The translations under genes and the position numbers were made by a program. A model generated the notes under the pieces. It had not been told where the DNA came from, did not search any database, and was given only the letters and a program-made list of their open reading frames with translations. This document shows, piece by piece, positions 37,771 to 51,401 of a DNA stretch of 64,000 nucleotides. This stretch comes from Amoebidium appalachense (taxonomy: Eukaryota; Protista; Ichthyosporea): the NCBI GenBank assembly GCA_963693365.1, contig CAVNZM010000013.1, positions 8,680,940-8,744,939 on the forward strand, written 5' to 3'. The first letter of the stretch is position 1. Each line of letters starts with the position of its first letter.

Positions 37771-39736
37771 TCATTTTGTTTTGACGGTAACAATGTTAGA
37801 CGGTTTAGATTTTGTCAGCCCGTTCTTTGTAGCCGCATAGACAACAAAACTATAGCTCTTTTTTTCCTTCAGCCCCTTCACGGTGTATGCTAGCGTGTTC
37901 ACCCTCTGCATTGGTCCCGTGTAAGGCTGCTTGGTGGTTTCCAACTGCTGCACTATGTAGCCCACAGCCCCAGGTATGGCACTCCAAACCAGCTTGACCG
38001 AGGTTTTGGTCTCCAACACTCCGCTCACCTTAGGGATCTGAAGCTCAGAGGTGTCTATGGTGACCTTAAGGCTGGCAGGGGAGTCCACCAAAGTGGTTGC
38101 CTTGTTCCTCGCAACCAATGAGAATTCATACCGACTTGCGGGTTCCAAACCACCCCATGTGTACGTAAGTGCTGTCGTGTTGGCTGACGCACTCACGGGG
38201 GCGATTGATGTTGCACCACCTCCAATCGCTTTTCGAGTTATCACATAGTGTGATGCTCCGGTTATCTTTGTCCAAGTGAGCAACACCGAGGTAGGGCCGA
38301 CTGCTTTGGACAAAACGAAGCTCGGTCGCGCTAATGGGACGGTGACGTTCACAGTATTGGAAAAGTCGGACACCCCTACTGCATTTATGGCGGTTACACG
38401 ATATTGGTAGAAATTCCCAACCGGTGCACTGCTGTCCGTGTATTTGAGGTACGACTCCCATTTGTTGAAGGTGAAGGTGGCATAGCGGGAAAACACGGCA
38501 CCATTCAGGGCTCGGTAGATGGCATAGGAGGTCGGAGCCTTGTTTTCCGGCCATACCCCTCCTCCTGGCGACAGGAATATGGTGTTGCTGTTACCTATGC
38601 GTTCAAACAGGGATATTTCTGGTTTGTCTGGCTTGGCCGGAGCAGGCACGGGGGGTGTGTTGATGGTGACGGTGGGGGATGGGCCTGAGACCGACTCTAA
38701 GGCCCTATCCAAATCATAGAAGTTCCCCGACACATAATAGGAATACTGCGTTTCTGCGCTCAGGCTGTAGTCATTCATCTCCGTCGGCCCCTCAGAATTC
38801 CAAAAGATCCATTGCCATTCACCTACACCTCCCGTCTGCTTGTAGATGTTGTAGCCCCTGTTTGCGCACACACTTTCCCATTGCAGGAATGCCTTGTTGT
38901 AGTCCAAAATCGTCACGTTTAGCCACGTGGGGGCTTTGACCACACTGGAACCCCCATTGCCGCACGCACTGGTTGAGTTGCCTACTTGTCGTGTGCGTCG
39001 AATGATCACCCGCGACAAGGAATCGTTCTCGTGCAGGTCGATTTCGTCCTGTTCAGAAATAGTCGGTGAGCCTAGACATCCTGAGGCCTTCTATCTTCTT
39101 GCTGCTGTACCCATCACAATATGCCTCGTGTTGTTGACGTCGAAGTGTACACGTGTGCTACGGTGCCTGTGTGTGACGGTGTGTGCGTGCGTGCGTGTGT
39201 GTGTGTGTGCGTTTGCGTATCAGCATGTGGGGCACGTGTGTGTGTATACGTTTGTGTGTGGTGTGTGGACCAGGTGTGTATAGTAGTGATTTATGTGTGT
39301 GTGCGTCTGGTGCGCGCGCACACGCCTGCACCTGTATCTGTGGAGCGTCTACATGTGCCTGGTGCGTGTGGTGTGCGGTATGACACTCTGCCGGTGGGCA
39401 AGCATGTACGGTACGCACGATGGTGCAGGTGTGTGGTAGTACGTGTGATGGTGTGCGCTACACAAGGCCTCCTAGATGCAACGCTACAGCATGCATGTGC
39501 ATGTGTGTGTGCATGTGCATCAGCATGAGCGTGTGCATGCGTGTATGTGTTTGTTTGGGGGGAGGGAGGGGGGGGGGGGGGGGGGGGGGTTGTGCTTGAG
39601 AGCGTTCATGTGGAAGTTCGTGCGTGTTTGAGTGTGCCTGTTCATGTTTGTGTGTTACCTCCTGTGTTGCGACAGTCACGGGGACCAGGTGGATTGACAG
39701 CAGAACGACTGCTGCATTGATGGCCCACTGGTACAT
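37771..39736 (-). CDS. Secreted fibronectin type-III repeat protein (4 FN3 domains), 2 exons, ~465 aa
   Basis: Exon 1 39736-39659 encodes signal peptide MYQWAINAAVVLLSIHLVPVTVATQE with donor gtaac. The acceptor atag| at 39091 joins in phase 0 to 39090-37771. FN3 hallmarks: APTWL..LQW..GYNIY..LSAETQYSYYV, YQYRVTAINAVGVS, GLEPASRYEFSLVARN, GLKEKKSYSFVVYA. Confidence 0.85.
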
Positions 39737-39959
39737 GTTCTCTATTTTTAAGTTAACCTCATCACTAGTTTAAGCTCGACTAGTAACATTTAGCCCGCCT
39801 GTAAGACCGCTTCTAAAGCCACACCAACCACACACGTGAATGTTGCCTGGGTTGGACCGATATCAGTTCAACAGCAACTGTGACTTTTTTTGAGAGGGCC
39901 GTGACTGTGAGCACACACGATTCTGGCTGGCTCAGCTGGCTAAACCCTCGCTGGAGGGT

Positions 39960-40535
39960 TGAAATTTTAAATTATCGATTATGTTATATTATAGGGTTTA
40001 CACACTTTTTATTGCGTGGACATTGCCGGAGGCCCAGCCACATTCGACGGCCTACTGCGTTTTCCAGCACAGCCAATCAAATGCAGCCAGTGACATATGT
40101 ACATGCTAGGCAACAATGAGCGCCATCGTAGTATCTGACACCCCTATTACATATTATGGGTAAGCAGATGCTAGCATCGGTAGCTCCGACAGAAAGTTAA
40201 GGCACCGGATCACAATATCATACTGTGCAGCATTAATAAGGTGATCTAGGATAGTCATCTTAAAACGGATATATTGAGGAAGAGATGAAGAAAAGAGAAT
40301 AAAACCGCCAATAACCTCCGGTTCTAATACATTAGCTAACAGGTTGCATTTATTGATAGATATGCAGCCGCGAGTAAACCGCCCCCCACACATATTACAC
40401 ATACGAGCAGGAGACACCAGAAACCGATTACACCGCCAAGCCATAATCATCTTTGCGTTTTTACACCACACCACATTACGAATAAACGAATCTATGTATG
40501 AACGAGACTCTCTAACCGTATCCGCCATCTTATAT
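39960..40535 (-). mobile_element. 3' remnant of a non-LTR retrotransposon (C-terminal Cys-rich region plus 3' UTR)
   Basis: AT-rich, intronless ORF 40154-40528 with ...IDSFI...IMAWRCNRF...CNMCGGRFTRGC....C...ILDHLIN. It resembles the WR / CxxC-F-x-R-x-H-C / D-x-L-L-N C-terminus of LINE-type RT ORFs in early-diverging fungi, recalled from memory and not searched. Confidence 0.45.
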
Positions 40536-43032
40536 TATATATATGTTTAAAGTATAACATTACAATTTAGTTTTTTGAAGTTTTTATCTTTTTCCATAAA
40601 ACTGGACCAACTACTAGTAGTCATTTTCCTGATTCAATTCCGATTGTAAATTGGTATAAAGAGCCTTTATATAGACAACAATTGTCCTTTATGATTGGTA
40701 GACAGTGGAATAGATCACGCCTGGGAGAATGGTTGGGGGAATTCCAGCCAAGCCGCCTTCCGGAGCAATTTCGGCGCGGCTCGGCTGAGGAGGATTCCGG
40801 CTGGCTATGTAGCCGAGCCATAACAGCCCTGTTGCAGACCCCCGGGGATAAGCTGGTCACAACGGGAGAATAAAATCATCCAATGAAAGGCAATCATCTG
40901 CTCGCCCTAGATAGATCCATTTATTGCCAGCCGATCATGATCCCCCCCCCCCCCCTCCCCCCCCCCCCCCCCCCCTCCTGTCACACCTCCTTGTAGTCTT
41001 CCCCTCCAAGGACCTCCTCCCTCCCCCCCCCCACTCTTCCCCTCCCTCCCCCCCCCCCTGCTTCCCCCCCCCCCCCACCCCACCCCCCCCACCCCCAATC
41101 CCTGCCCTCCCCCCCCCCCTCCCCCCCCTCCCCCCTTCTCACTTTCAGCCCCCGCCCGTACCCCCTGCTCCCACGCGGTACCCATATTCCCCATAATTAT
41201 AAAAACACCCCAGTGACCTAGACGCGTGCTGCCCAGCCTAGCCACGTAAATACATTTACACAGACGGTGTGGACATACAAGCACACAAAAACGTGCACTC
41301 ACAGACACACCTCCAAGAGGGGGCCCGTGGGGGAAGAGGGGTGTCTCTCCCCCCTCTCTCTCTCTCCCTCAGAGGCTCCCTCTCCCTCTCTCTCTCCCTC
41401 CCTCTCCCCCTTCTCTCTCTCTCCCCCCCCCCCCCCCCCCCCTCCTCCTCCCTCCCTCCCTCCCTAGCTCCCTCCTCTCATCTCCTGTCGAGTGCTCTCC
41501 TCTTTCGCTCTCCTCTCCCCCCCCTCCCCCCCATCCCCACCCCCGGGCCCTCTCTCCCCAATTTTCTCGAGACAGATAGAGGACGGGGGTTGGAACACGG
41601 TAAGCATTTGTGTGTTTGCTCGTACATATGAGGTCCTCGGAAGACGCTGGGGAAGGAAGAGGAGGAGGGGCAATTGACACAAAATGGAAGAGAGACAGAT
41701 GTATATATATATATATATATATATGTATATACATCATGATATCATAGTATATGAAATATATAATAGTATGATATATAATAGTATATCATATATGATATAT
41801 ATATATATACATATCATATATCATTATATATATCTATATATGATATACTGATGATATATATATATGGGGTGGGAGAGGGGGTGGGAGAGGGGGGAGAGGG
41901 GGGGAGGGTGTGGAGGGAAAGGAGAGGAGAGAGAGAGAGCCCGACACATAGAAAAAGGGCTTTTCAGCGAGAGCAGGTAAAGGAAGAGAGACACAAAGAG
42001 CCTGAGAGAAATTAGAGAGTGAGAAAGAGAGGGGGTCCTTTTTGGATACCGAGAGGAATACACGCACACACGTTTTCATAAATAATTCCTCGGGCGGGTC
42101 ATCAGTGCAAGCAGCCACCCCGGAGCCATAAAAATAAAGAACGACAAATTCATGGACAAATCGACGAGGCAACTCTTTGAAAAGTTTTACGACGATCATG
42201 GCTCGGATTAAAAGCCGCTCTGCAGGCCTCTTCCCCTTCAAAAAAAAAAAAAAAAAAAAAAAAGAACTGGAGAAGAGGAAAGCTTTGGGTGAATTGGAAG
42301 AAAAGGGAAAAAACCCTCCAAGTGGGACAAGGTTTCGGTTCGACCCACTCAGCCATTCAGATTCTCCGTACGAGAAACCCGATGAGGTTTTGGGCTCTGT
42401 GTGCGTGTGTGTGTGTGTGTGTGTTTTGGGGAGGGGGGGGTCTATGAGTCCATTGACTTGATTACTACCATGTTACCTCGGCTGCGGTATTGACAGTGAG
42501 TATGTAAAGGTTTTTTGACACTTTATTGTTCCATCTGGTGCATAATATCATATGACCCGTATATACTCCACACAACAACACAAAAAAAGGACCATCAGGT
42601 GCACACAGTGCAGGATGATTCTGCACAGAACGTTCCAGAAACCACCACTTGGGCATAGACGATCCAAATGCCCCCACGGCACATGGCTACCTGGTGGGCA
42701 AAAGGAGACACAGCCGGCTGGCAGCCACTGCAGGGAGGGACTCGTGTTAGTAGTGTAGAGGCAAGTGTGGGGTGTGTCTAATAAATGGGGTGGTCTATGG
42801 TGTCTGAACAATCGATGGGGGGGGGGGGGAACCATAAAAAACTTTGTGCTATCTGTCGAGCAAATATCGGCCAATCCCGACACTCTTGAATATCCCGGCA
42901 AATAAAGGACCGGGCAGGCCGTGGTTGTAGAGAACCGGACGAGATTGTATGAGAGGCAGAGGGGGGAGGGGGGGGGGGGGGGGGGGTTGATTCCCCTTTG
43001 TTTGTTTTTTTTTTTTTTTTTGGGGGGGGAGA

Positions 43033-43064
<32 letters not shown>

Positions 43065-43212
43065 ACATTTGGTTTTTAATATTTTCAAATATGTAGAACG
43101 ACAAGGGGAAAAGGGGAGGAGGGGGGAGGGGGGATAGGTTCTTTTATGTTACATAACGACGAGACTGGGGTGTGAGTGTTGGGGGGGGGGGGAGGGGAGG
43201 GGGGCAACCTTC

Positions 43213-43511
43213 TCAGAGCTCAAGCCAGACAGGGAAGAAGCCGTGGGCCAGACGGGTGTATGTGGCCTTTGTGTTTGAGGGCATGTCTCTGTAGCTGCAC
43301 ATGTTGTGGTCCACCTCCACCGCACGGTTCCACCACTTGGTGAACCCCTCCATCTCGATAAACCGCTCGATCTGGGCAGGTGGGGGTTAGGTGGTGCATT
43401 AGCCCCAGTGGGGATGTGGTGAAAAGAATCAAATTGTGTTAAATTTCGGCCCAAAGTGTGGGTGGATGGTGGCTGGTTTACACGTGCATGCTTGTGGAAC
43501 GAATATGATCT

Positions 43512-43542
<31 letters not shown>

Positions 43543-45080
43543 CCTCCCCCTCCCTCTCCAAAAAAAAAAAAAAAAAAAGAAAGAAAGAAAAAAAAAAAAG
43601 GAAAGAAAAAACTTTCTTCCTTTTTTCTCTTTTTTTTGGGGGGGGGGGGGTCTTTCTTTTTGGGGGAGGGGGGGGGGGGGGGGGGGGGTTTTGGGGGGGG
43701 GGGGGGAGGGGGGAGGGGGGAAGGGGCTTGTTACCTCGTTCTTGTAGTCGTAGTAGAAGTCCCCGTTGGAGGTCGACACCAGCAGCATCATGTGGTTCTC
43801 ATCGGTGGCAATCACGTACTTGTACTGGGGAGACAAGGGTCACTACTACCGTGGTATAGTCTCGTGAACTCTTCTTTATTTTCTTTTTTTTTTGTTTGGA
43901 TGGGGGGTGGATTTGGTTAACGGGAAGTGAAGCATGGTTAACCGAATTTTACCTTGAAGTGGTAGGGGGTCTTACTAACGGGTGGGTGTAAGTATTTTAT
44001 AACAACCTGGAGTGATTAGAGTTGATAAGGGTATACCAATCAACTGGTAAGCAAGGGGATTGCAACTATTAAGGTCATCGCAAAACCCTGAGCTGGCAGT
44101 GATCTACAAAGTGAGCGGGGAGAATAGCTGGCGTTGTGGGTGTATAAGATAGGAATGATGGGTTTGTGCAATACCGGAACAGTTCTGATCAATAAACCCA
44201 AAAGTGAAGGTAACGCATGCCGGGGATAGATGTGACATGGCACCCACCAGGTTTGTCTCACGGTCCACAGGCCCAACCTTCATGATCCGCACTGCGGTTG
44301 GTGGAGGGGGGGGGAGGGAGGGGAGGGGTTAAAGGGTAGTAAGACACTGTAGCGCAAGCAAGACGGATACCCATTGCTTTTCAACGGCGGTAAACAAAAC
44401 ATGTGCACGGGGCACAGAGTGTACTGCAGTGTGCACCAGAGGCCATCCCTGGCGAATGACATGGGGATATGCCCCAGCATGCAGGTTGTGTTCTTGCCTA
44501 ACACAGGGCCACTTAGCTTACATTCCGCCTCCCCCCTCCCCCCAAATTCTTATCCCCCTGGCTTGCCCTCACCTCCCCTGCACATGTGCCTCCCCCCCCC
44601 CCCCCCCCCCAAAAAAAAAAAAAAAAAAAAAAAAATTAAATAAAGATAAGAAAAGCACTCACGCTTGAGGCCGTTGATCAGCTCGGACTCAGCATTGCTG
44701 AAGGTCAGCTCCCCGGGCACATGTGGGTCCTCTTGAAGCAGCGTGTGCTGGCCCTGCTGCAGCTTGCCTGCAGGAGGGTGGGCATTGGCAATGTAAAGAG
44801 TGTGAGCACCGGCATGATCAGGGGTGTTAAGGGGGCATAGCATAATTTGATTGCGCAAAAAAGGGCGGGTCTACAAAATCTTAAAGGTCAGGGTGGACCA
44901 TGTGACTGCATAAGCAGCACTGGACACCACAAGGTGGGGAGGATGCTGTAGGCAGAGAGAATGAAATGTGTGCAAATGGGGCCTTTCACATTGAAAAGCA
45001 AGAGAAAGAACTTGGGTTGTGGGCCAAATATGCGAGCTCTCGCACTCTTGGGGTGTATCCATTTTCCCGTCTTTTCTTTT

Positions 45081-45125
<45 letters not shown>

Positions 45126-45133
45126 TGTGTGTG

Positions 45134-45176
<43 letters not shown>

Positions 45177-46673
45177 GCATACCATCGGGCACAGTAATCT
45201 TTGACGAGTCACATGTCAGTGTCTTGCCGTCCTCACCCACAGAGACTGAAGAGGAGGGAGGGGGAGGACAGGGGGGGGGGGGTTGTCAGTATGCGTAGTA
45301 GCCGGGGCCTGGCTTAGAATCAACATAAGACTATAACCAAACGGTCTACCTGACATCCTCTCCTGTCTACTCATATGAGTATTCCCAAGATCCACCGGCT
45401 TATAATGAACAAGAGCTGTGCAGAAAAAAAATGATGGATAATGTGCTGCTAGGTGGTACCAACTTCAGAGAGACGGGTTGTGTAGTTCCCTTTTTTTGTT
45501 TTGTATTTTTCCCTAAAACACCGCCCACGGTCTGTCAGATTCTTTATTTGGCCGGAAAATATCCGCCAGTCCGGATAATCGTTCCTACCGTACATCCCCC
45601 CCCCCCCCCCCCCCCCTTTTTTTTTCTTTTCCCTCCTCCAAAAAAAAAAAAAAAAAAAGAGGGGGGGGGGGGGGGGGAGATATGGGGGGATTATTACAGT
45701 CGCAGGACAGGCAGCGTGCATTGTAAGTGAAGTTGTTGAAGACCTCTGTCATGCCGTTGTGCGCCATCTTGGGGGAAAGAGGGTCAGCTAGGGGGATGCA
45801 AGTAGGGCTGAATGGGGTTAAACTCTTCAATGTGCCTAATGTTCCTTGTGGATCATGTTGATATGGGAGAGTGTATGTAAATATTGAATAGAAGGGGGGG
45901 GGGGGGAGGAGGGGGAAGGCAGCAGAGTGTCGATGCTTGCGTAATTGGCAGTGACTCTCTTGTGTCTATAGATAGGAAGGAGGGACAGAAAGGAAAGGGC
46001 TAAACTGAGGGGTGGCGCATGTTGAGGGACAAGAGAGAAGTGAAGGGTTGGGTAGAAACGGAAGCGGAGTCGGGGTGAAAGGGCACCAGAGAGAAAAAGA
46101 AGGGCAGGGGGGAGGGGGGAGGAGGAGGGAGGGCCCCAGGGGGAAGGGGGGGGGGGGGATGTACCTGGTAGAAGCGGCCAGCCATGTGTTTGAGGTTGAG
46201 GCTGGGCACGGAGGGGGGCACGTGGTGGCGGTAGTTGCAGTGGTGGTGGGCCATGTGCATGGGCCGGTTGAAGTGCCGGTCAAAGCCCATCTCATTAAGA
46301 CGGCGCAGAACCTGCAGGTGTGTGCAGTGTGTCAGTTCAATGTGAAGTCATGCAGTTTTTTCATGTGAATTCATTTCAACTTCAAGTTCGTTCAATCCTC
46401 TCATTCGGCTGCACTTATCTTAGAAGACTGGGAAAAGATGTGTGTGTGTGTGTAATTTTGTATTTTTTATCTATACTATCGGAATTTTTTTTTCCCTTTC
46501 TTTTTTTTTTTTGGGGGGGGGGGGGGGGGGGGAGAAGAGAGAAGGGGGAGAGGGGTGGGGTGGGGTGGGGTGGGGGGGGAGATGTGTGTAAAAAGACTGC
46601 GGGTGGGCATGTGCGTGTGTGTAAATGTATTTTTTTTGTTTGTTTGTTTTCGGCAACGGATTTTTTTTTTTTT

Positions 46674-46704
<31 letters not shown>

Positions 46705-48630
46705 ATGTGGAGGGAGGGGGCCAGAGACTTCCTCTTTACCGAAAGTTTTTATTTATTTTACTTTTTTTTTTTGGGGGGGGGGGGGGGAGGAGCGGGTGGG
46801 GGAAGGGGGAGGAGGGAGGGGGAGAGGGGAGGGGTCAAGGAGCGGGGGGGGGGGAGAGGGGGGGGGGAGGGGCTTATATAAGAAAGTTTTTTTTTTTTTT
46901 TTTTTTTTTGTGGGGGGGGGGGGGGGGGAGGAAGGGAGGGGGGATAGGGGGGCTGAAACTTTCCGTTTTGTTTTTCGGAGAAGGGGAGGTAGACTTGAAA
47001 GTGTGCGAGCGAGAGTAATTTTTTTTTTGGCGGGGGGAGAGGGGACAGGGGGGGGGGGGGGGGGGGGGGGTACACACATGCTTCTCGTGGTGGCGGAATG
47101 CCTCGGGGGAGCGAGCAAGGACAAACAGGGACAGGCCGTGGGGGTCCGTCATGACCATGTAGTCGTACTGCTGTTTGCTCTTGCGTTTATCTTCCTCATC
47201 ATCAGTGGGTGCAGGGTCAGAGGAGGACTGAGGCCCAACTTCCACAATCATGACTGGGGGTGGCTGGGTCAGCATGGCCTATGCACACACAGGCACAGGC
47301 ACACACATGCATAAGTGCAATCACACACATGCACCCACGCGGATGATGTGCACATACATACCCATGCGCATGCACACACACACATGCATCAATGTGCACC
47401 CATGCGCATGCGCACATACACACACACACGAACACACGAGCGCAGACACATGCACAGATGCACACGCACACACCCAGACACACATGCACCCACGGGCGCA
47501 GACACGCGCACAGGCACACCCACAGGCACATATAGACACACGTGCAGCCACACATGTTTACTGCATTTACCACACGTACAGTTTGGCATCATGGTCTCGG
47601 TCTGCTGCTGGCGGCGGAACATGCGCTGGGGCCCAGCCATGGTGGCATGCAGCAGGCCGGGCAGAGACGTGTTGACCACGTGGTACTGCCCGGACATCAC
47701 GATCAGCCCGTCGGACACCTGGGGGGGGAGGGGGAGGGGGAGTTAGGATGGGCACAGGGCGGAGAAGAAGGACATGAGGGTATGGTGAGGCACAGGTGAT
47801 ACACCAGAAGACACAGCAAAGCCTATACTCTGTGGGTGTGCGCAAGTGTGTGCGTGGGTGAATGAGGTGTGTGTGTGTGTGTGTGTGTGCATGAGGGGGG
47901 GGGGGAGGGGGGGGCCAGGATATACAGAGGGGATATACAGACCATGCTGCCGGCCACCCAGTTGAAGGTGGTGTTGCCTGCGCCGCGGTAGACTGCAGGG
48001 GGGAGGGTCAGGTCGGGTGAATGGGGGCCTTATGCCCAACACAACACATGGCTGCATAAAAGAGCATGACAGTGTATGAAATCTAGACCATTTGCGGCAA
48101 TAGTGTATGTTCATCGAACCACTAGATGCACGATGTTGCTCATGCTGCAGGTTGCATGGTCGTGTGGGCGGCAGTGATAGGTTTGTCTTTGTGTGTGTCG
48201 GTGAATCTTTTACATAACAGCGGAGGGCCAGGGGAGGGGAGGGGGGGGGGGGGGGGGGGGGGAGGATGAGTGGGAGGGAGAGGAGTGGGAGGGAGGGGAG
48301 GTTTTTCCCGGGAGGGCAAAGGAGAGGCTAAGGTGACCAAGGAATGGCGGTGTGATGATGGGAGGAGTAGGAACACTGGGGGAGGGGGGGGGGGGGGGGG
48401 GGGGGAGGGGGGGGTTACATACTGTCTGTTGTGTAGCAGGTTGCATCTGCACCGCCCTCAGACAGCACCTTGGTGGCCAGGTTGGTGTACAACTGGTACC
48501 TGGGGGGGGGGGGGGGGGGGGGGATGGGGTAATCACACAATTTAATAACAATCATGTGTACATATTGTGTGTGTGTGTGTGTGTGTGTGTGCATGTGTGC
48601 ACGTGTGCATGTGTGTGTGTCGGGGAGAGG

Positions 48631-48663
<33 letters not shown>

Positions 48664-49330
48664 CTACATTGAGGATTATGGAAGATGGGAATTCTGTGTG
48701 CCCCGTCCCGTGTACCCTTTCCCCCCTCCCCCCCTTCCCCTCCAAAAAAAAATAAAAATAAAAATAAAGAACACCTGTAGAATACAATCTCCCCCTGTGG
48801 TTTGAACATCGGTGTATTACAGTCGGCTCAATGCCACAACACCCAAGTGGGTGGCATCGGTGGCCAGAGGGCAGGCCAGGATGAAACATGGGGAGAGGAG
48901 AGAGGACTAGACACGAGGAAGCACCAGGAAAGCCACATCAAGCAAAAATTACTGTTACGTCAGGTAGCAACTGCCGATGCACTATTAGCGATTTTTTTGA
49001 TCTTGGGGAGGAAGAGTGGAAGGGAGGTGGGGGGAGGGTGGGGAAGGGGGAGATTTGAGCACACACATACCATCTGCCCAGCATGCGGTTGGGGTCGAGG
49101 GACATCACAGGGCGCAGCTTGTGGCCGTGCCTGTGCTTCTCTGCCTCCTTGCGCCTGCGCCTCTCCTCCTCCCGCCTCCTCTCCCTCTCCCTCTCTGCCC
49201 CCCTCCTGCCCTCCTCCATCTCCCCCTCACTCTCGTGCCTGACTGCCACCCCCATCAGCTGTTGGCGCCACTCGGAGATCTGCTGCTGCACCTCACTGCT
49301 ACTGCTGCCACTGGGCCCCTGCAGCCTGGT

Positions 49331-49385
<55 letters not shown>

Positions 49386-50039
49386 GAGGGGGATAGCTAG
49401 GGGTGAGTGTTGTGTGTGGGTGCCGCTTCATTTTACAGTATTTCATTTTATCGTATTTGATTATTTGGTTTGTTTTTTTTTTGTTTTTGTTTCTTTTTGG
49501 GGGGGGGAGGGGGGGAGGGAGGGGGAGGAATAGCTAGGGGTGAGTGTTGTGTGTGGGTGCCGCTTCTTAATTTTAATATTATTTTATTTTATCGTATTTG
49601 ATGATTTGTTTCGTTTGTTTGTTTGTTTGTTTGTTTTTTTTGTTTATGTGTTTATGTGGGGGGGGGGGGGGGGGGGGGGGGGGACCTGAAGGAAATATAG
49701 TTCGGGGAACAAGCACTCGGAACCCAATGCACTCCTTCTTCATGGTTTTAGCACTGCTTTAGTATTCTTGTGGATATCTTTTAGCAAATGATACTGTTTT
49801 GTGTATGGAAACGGGTGAAAAGAAAAGACAAATTCCGACTCGAAAAGAAAAGATGGGGAGATATAGCGCATATCCTTTTGGTGCACTTCAGTTACTAGAG
49901 TGCAAACCGCCTTAACTGCCTTCAAAAAAACAGAACCCTGCAGCACTGCAACAGGTTGACGGACACAAACAGAAAGCACACCCACATACCCGAACGCAGA
50001 GGCTGCAGCGGCGCAGAGAAGCACACCCAGCAACTTCAT
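43213..50039 (-). CDS. Secreted tandem two-domain lipocalin (ApoD/Blc-like), paralog A; 13 exons
   Basis: Signal peptide MKLLGVLLCAAAASAFG. Domain 1: PVMSLDPNRMLGRWYQLY...QYDYMVMTDPHGLSLFVLARS...GFD..N.P...CNY. Domain 2: PSVPSLNLKHMAGRFYQM...YKYVIATD..MLLVS...GFTKWWN...CSY. Stop at 43213-43215. SCR1 GxW, SCR2 TD and SCR3 LAR are recognisable. Exons ~50039-49990, 49320-49071, 48498-48423, 47992-47943, 47718-47580, 47250-47078, 46311-46164, 45768-45698, 45245-45183, 44767-44663, 44291-44248, 43824-43735, 43371-43213. Confidence 0.8.
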
Positions 50040-50724
50040 GTTTGTGGGTGGAAAAACTTCGTCGTCAAGGACAAGAAAAGAGAAAAAGGAAAAGAAAAAG
50101 AAAAAAAACTTTCTGCCACCTTACACGAAAAAGGAGGCAAGGAAACTGGCGGTTTACAAGGTTTGAAGAACCTTTTATCTTTGCTGTCATTGCCAATAAA
50201 TGCTTAGGGTTGGTTTTGGGAGATGCGTAAACACCCCCAACAACTGATGAGCCAGTTGGGTAACTGAGCATTACTAATTCCACGTTAGGAGGATTATGTT
50301 TGATGACAAAATGTGCCTGGCCTGTGACGTGGAGGAAAAATGATCCACCCACGGGCTGGTAAACCTGGCGCTGTAGACGTACCATATGCGATGTGGATAA
50401 ATTCACTTTCTTGGTGCCCGGTTTGTGGTGAAACATAATTATAGACTTCATAACCCAGGGGTGTACACATGTGCGAGACGCGTTGTGTGGCACTGTACAT
50501 TTTTGCGTGGGAAAGTTTCCCACGCATGTCATGTGAAAGTCCCCCATGTTTTTCCCTGTGCTTTTCGTTGCTTGTTCGTGGAGGTTGGATCGTGCTGTTC
50601 TCAAACCTTCATCTGACATATCATGATCATCAGGGAAATTTGTCGGCGCAAAAAAGCGACCCGACAAACAAATAAAAACTTTTTCTGCTCATCATAAACA
50701 TATTGGTCATTTTCGCGCCCCGAT

Positions 50725-50765
<41 letters not shown>

Positions 50766-50798
50766 GGGGAGGGGAGGGGGGAGGGAGGGGGGCCTGGC

Positions 50799-50829
<31 letters not shown>

Positions 50830-51401
50830 ACGCTTTTTTCCACGTCATTGGTGGATCTTTTTTGCCGCGCTCAAATAGAAATATTTGAAGTGCATAACTG
50901 CCCAATCGAAAACTTCTCGTGTAATGGTGTTTACATCTTGCTTGTCTAGCACTCTGCCTCACTCTGCCTGCATAAAAATCCGAGGCTCCTCGCGTGTTGC
51001 TCGAGTACGCGGTATGCAATCCGTCACACTCTCTCTCCATATGTTTATATTGGCCAAAGAATATGTACCACAGAAATGACGCACTGGTGCATGCGTGGGA
51101 ATTGATGAGGGGAGGCTTACAAGGCTGGCAGGCGCAGCTGGTGTACCCCCACGCTACAATCTGGTGCATTCGACACGCTGACACGATAACCAAAAGCACA
51201 AACACGAGCGTGTCAGCATGCAAGCTCACCCCAACCTTTGGGCCTAATGCCCGGTTCCTTTATTTTCGTACACAAAACCGGGCACTCGCAAGCTGGGAAC
51301 ATTCAGTTTGCTGCGCGGTGAAGGGCAAAAGGGCGCCCTTTATTTTTCTCTCTGACTACTTCGCTTGTCTTTTATCACCGTGGGCTGTCAACTGAGCAAA
51401 C
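50040..51401. promoter_or_regulatory. Putative bidirectional promoter region between the divergent lipocalin paralogs
   Basis: 1.36 kb between two outward-facing ATGs; positional inference only. Confidence 0.45.

Noticed and set aside
50065-51395. 130-200-aa ORFs between the lipocalin genes
   Set aside because: Alternative starts, homopolymer content and no domain features; more likely promoter/UTR sequence.
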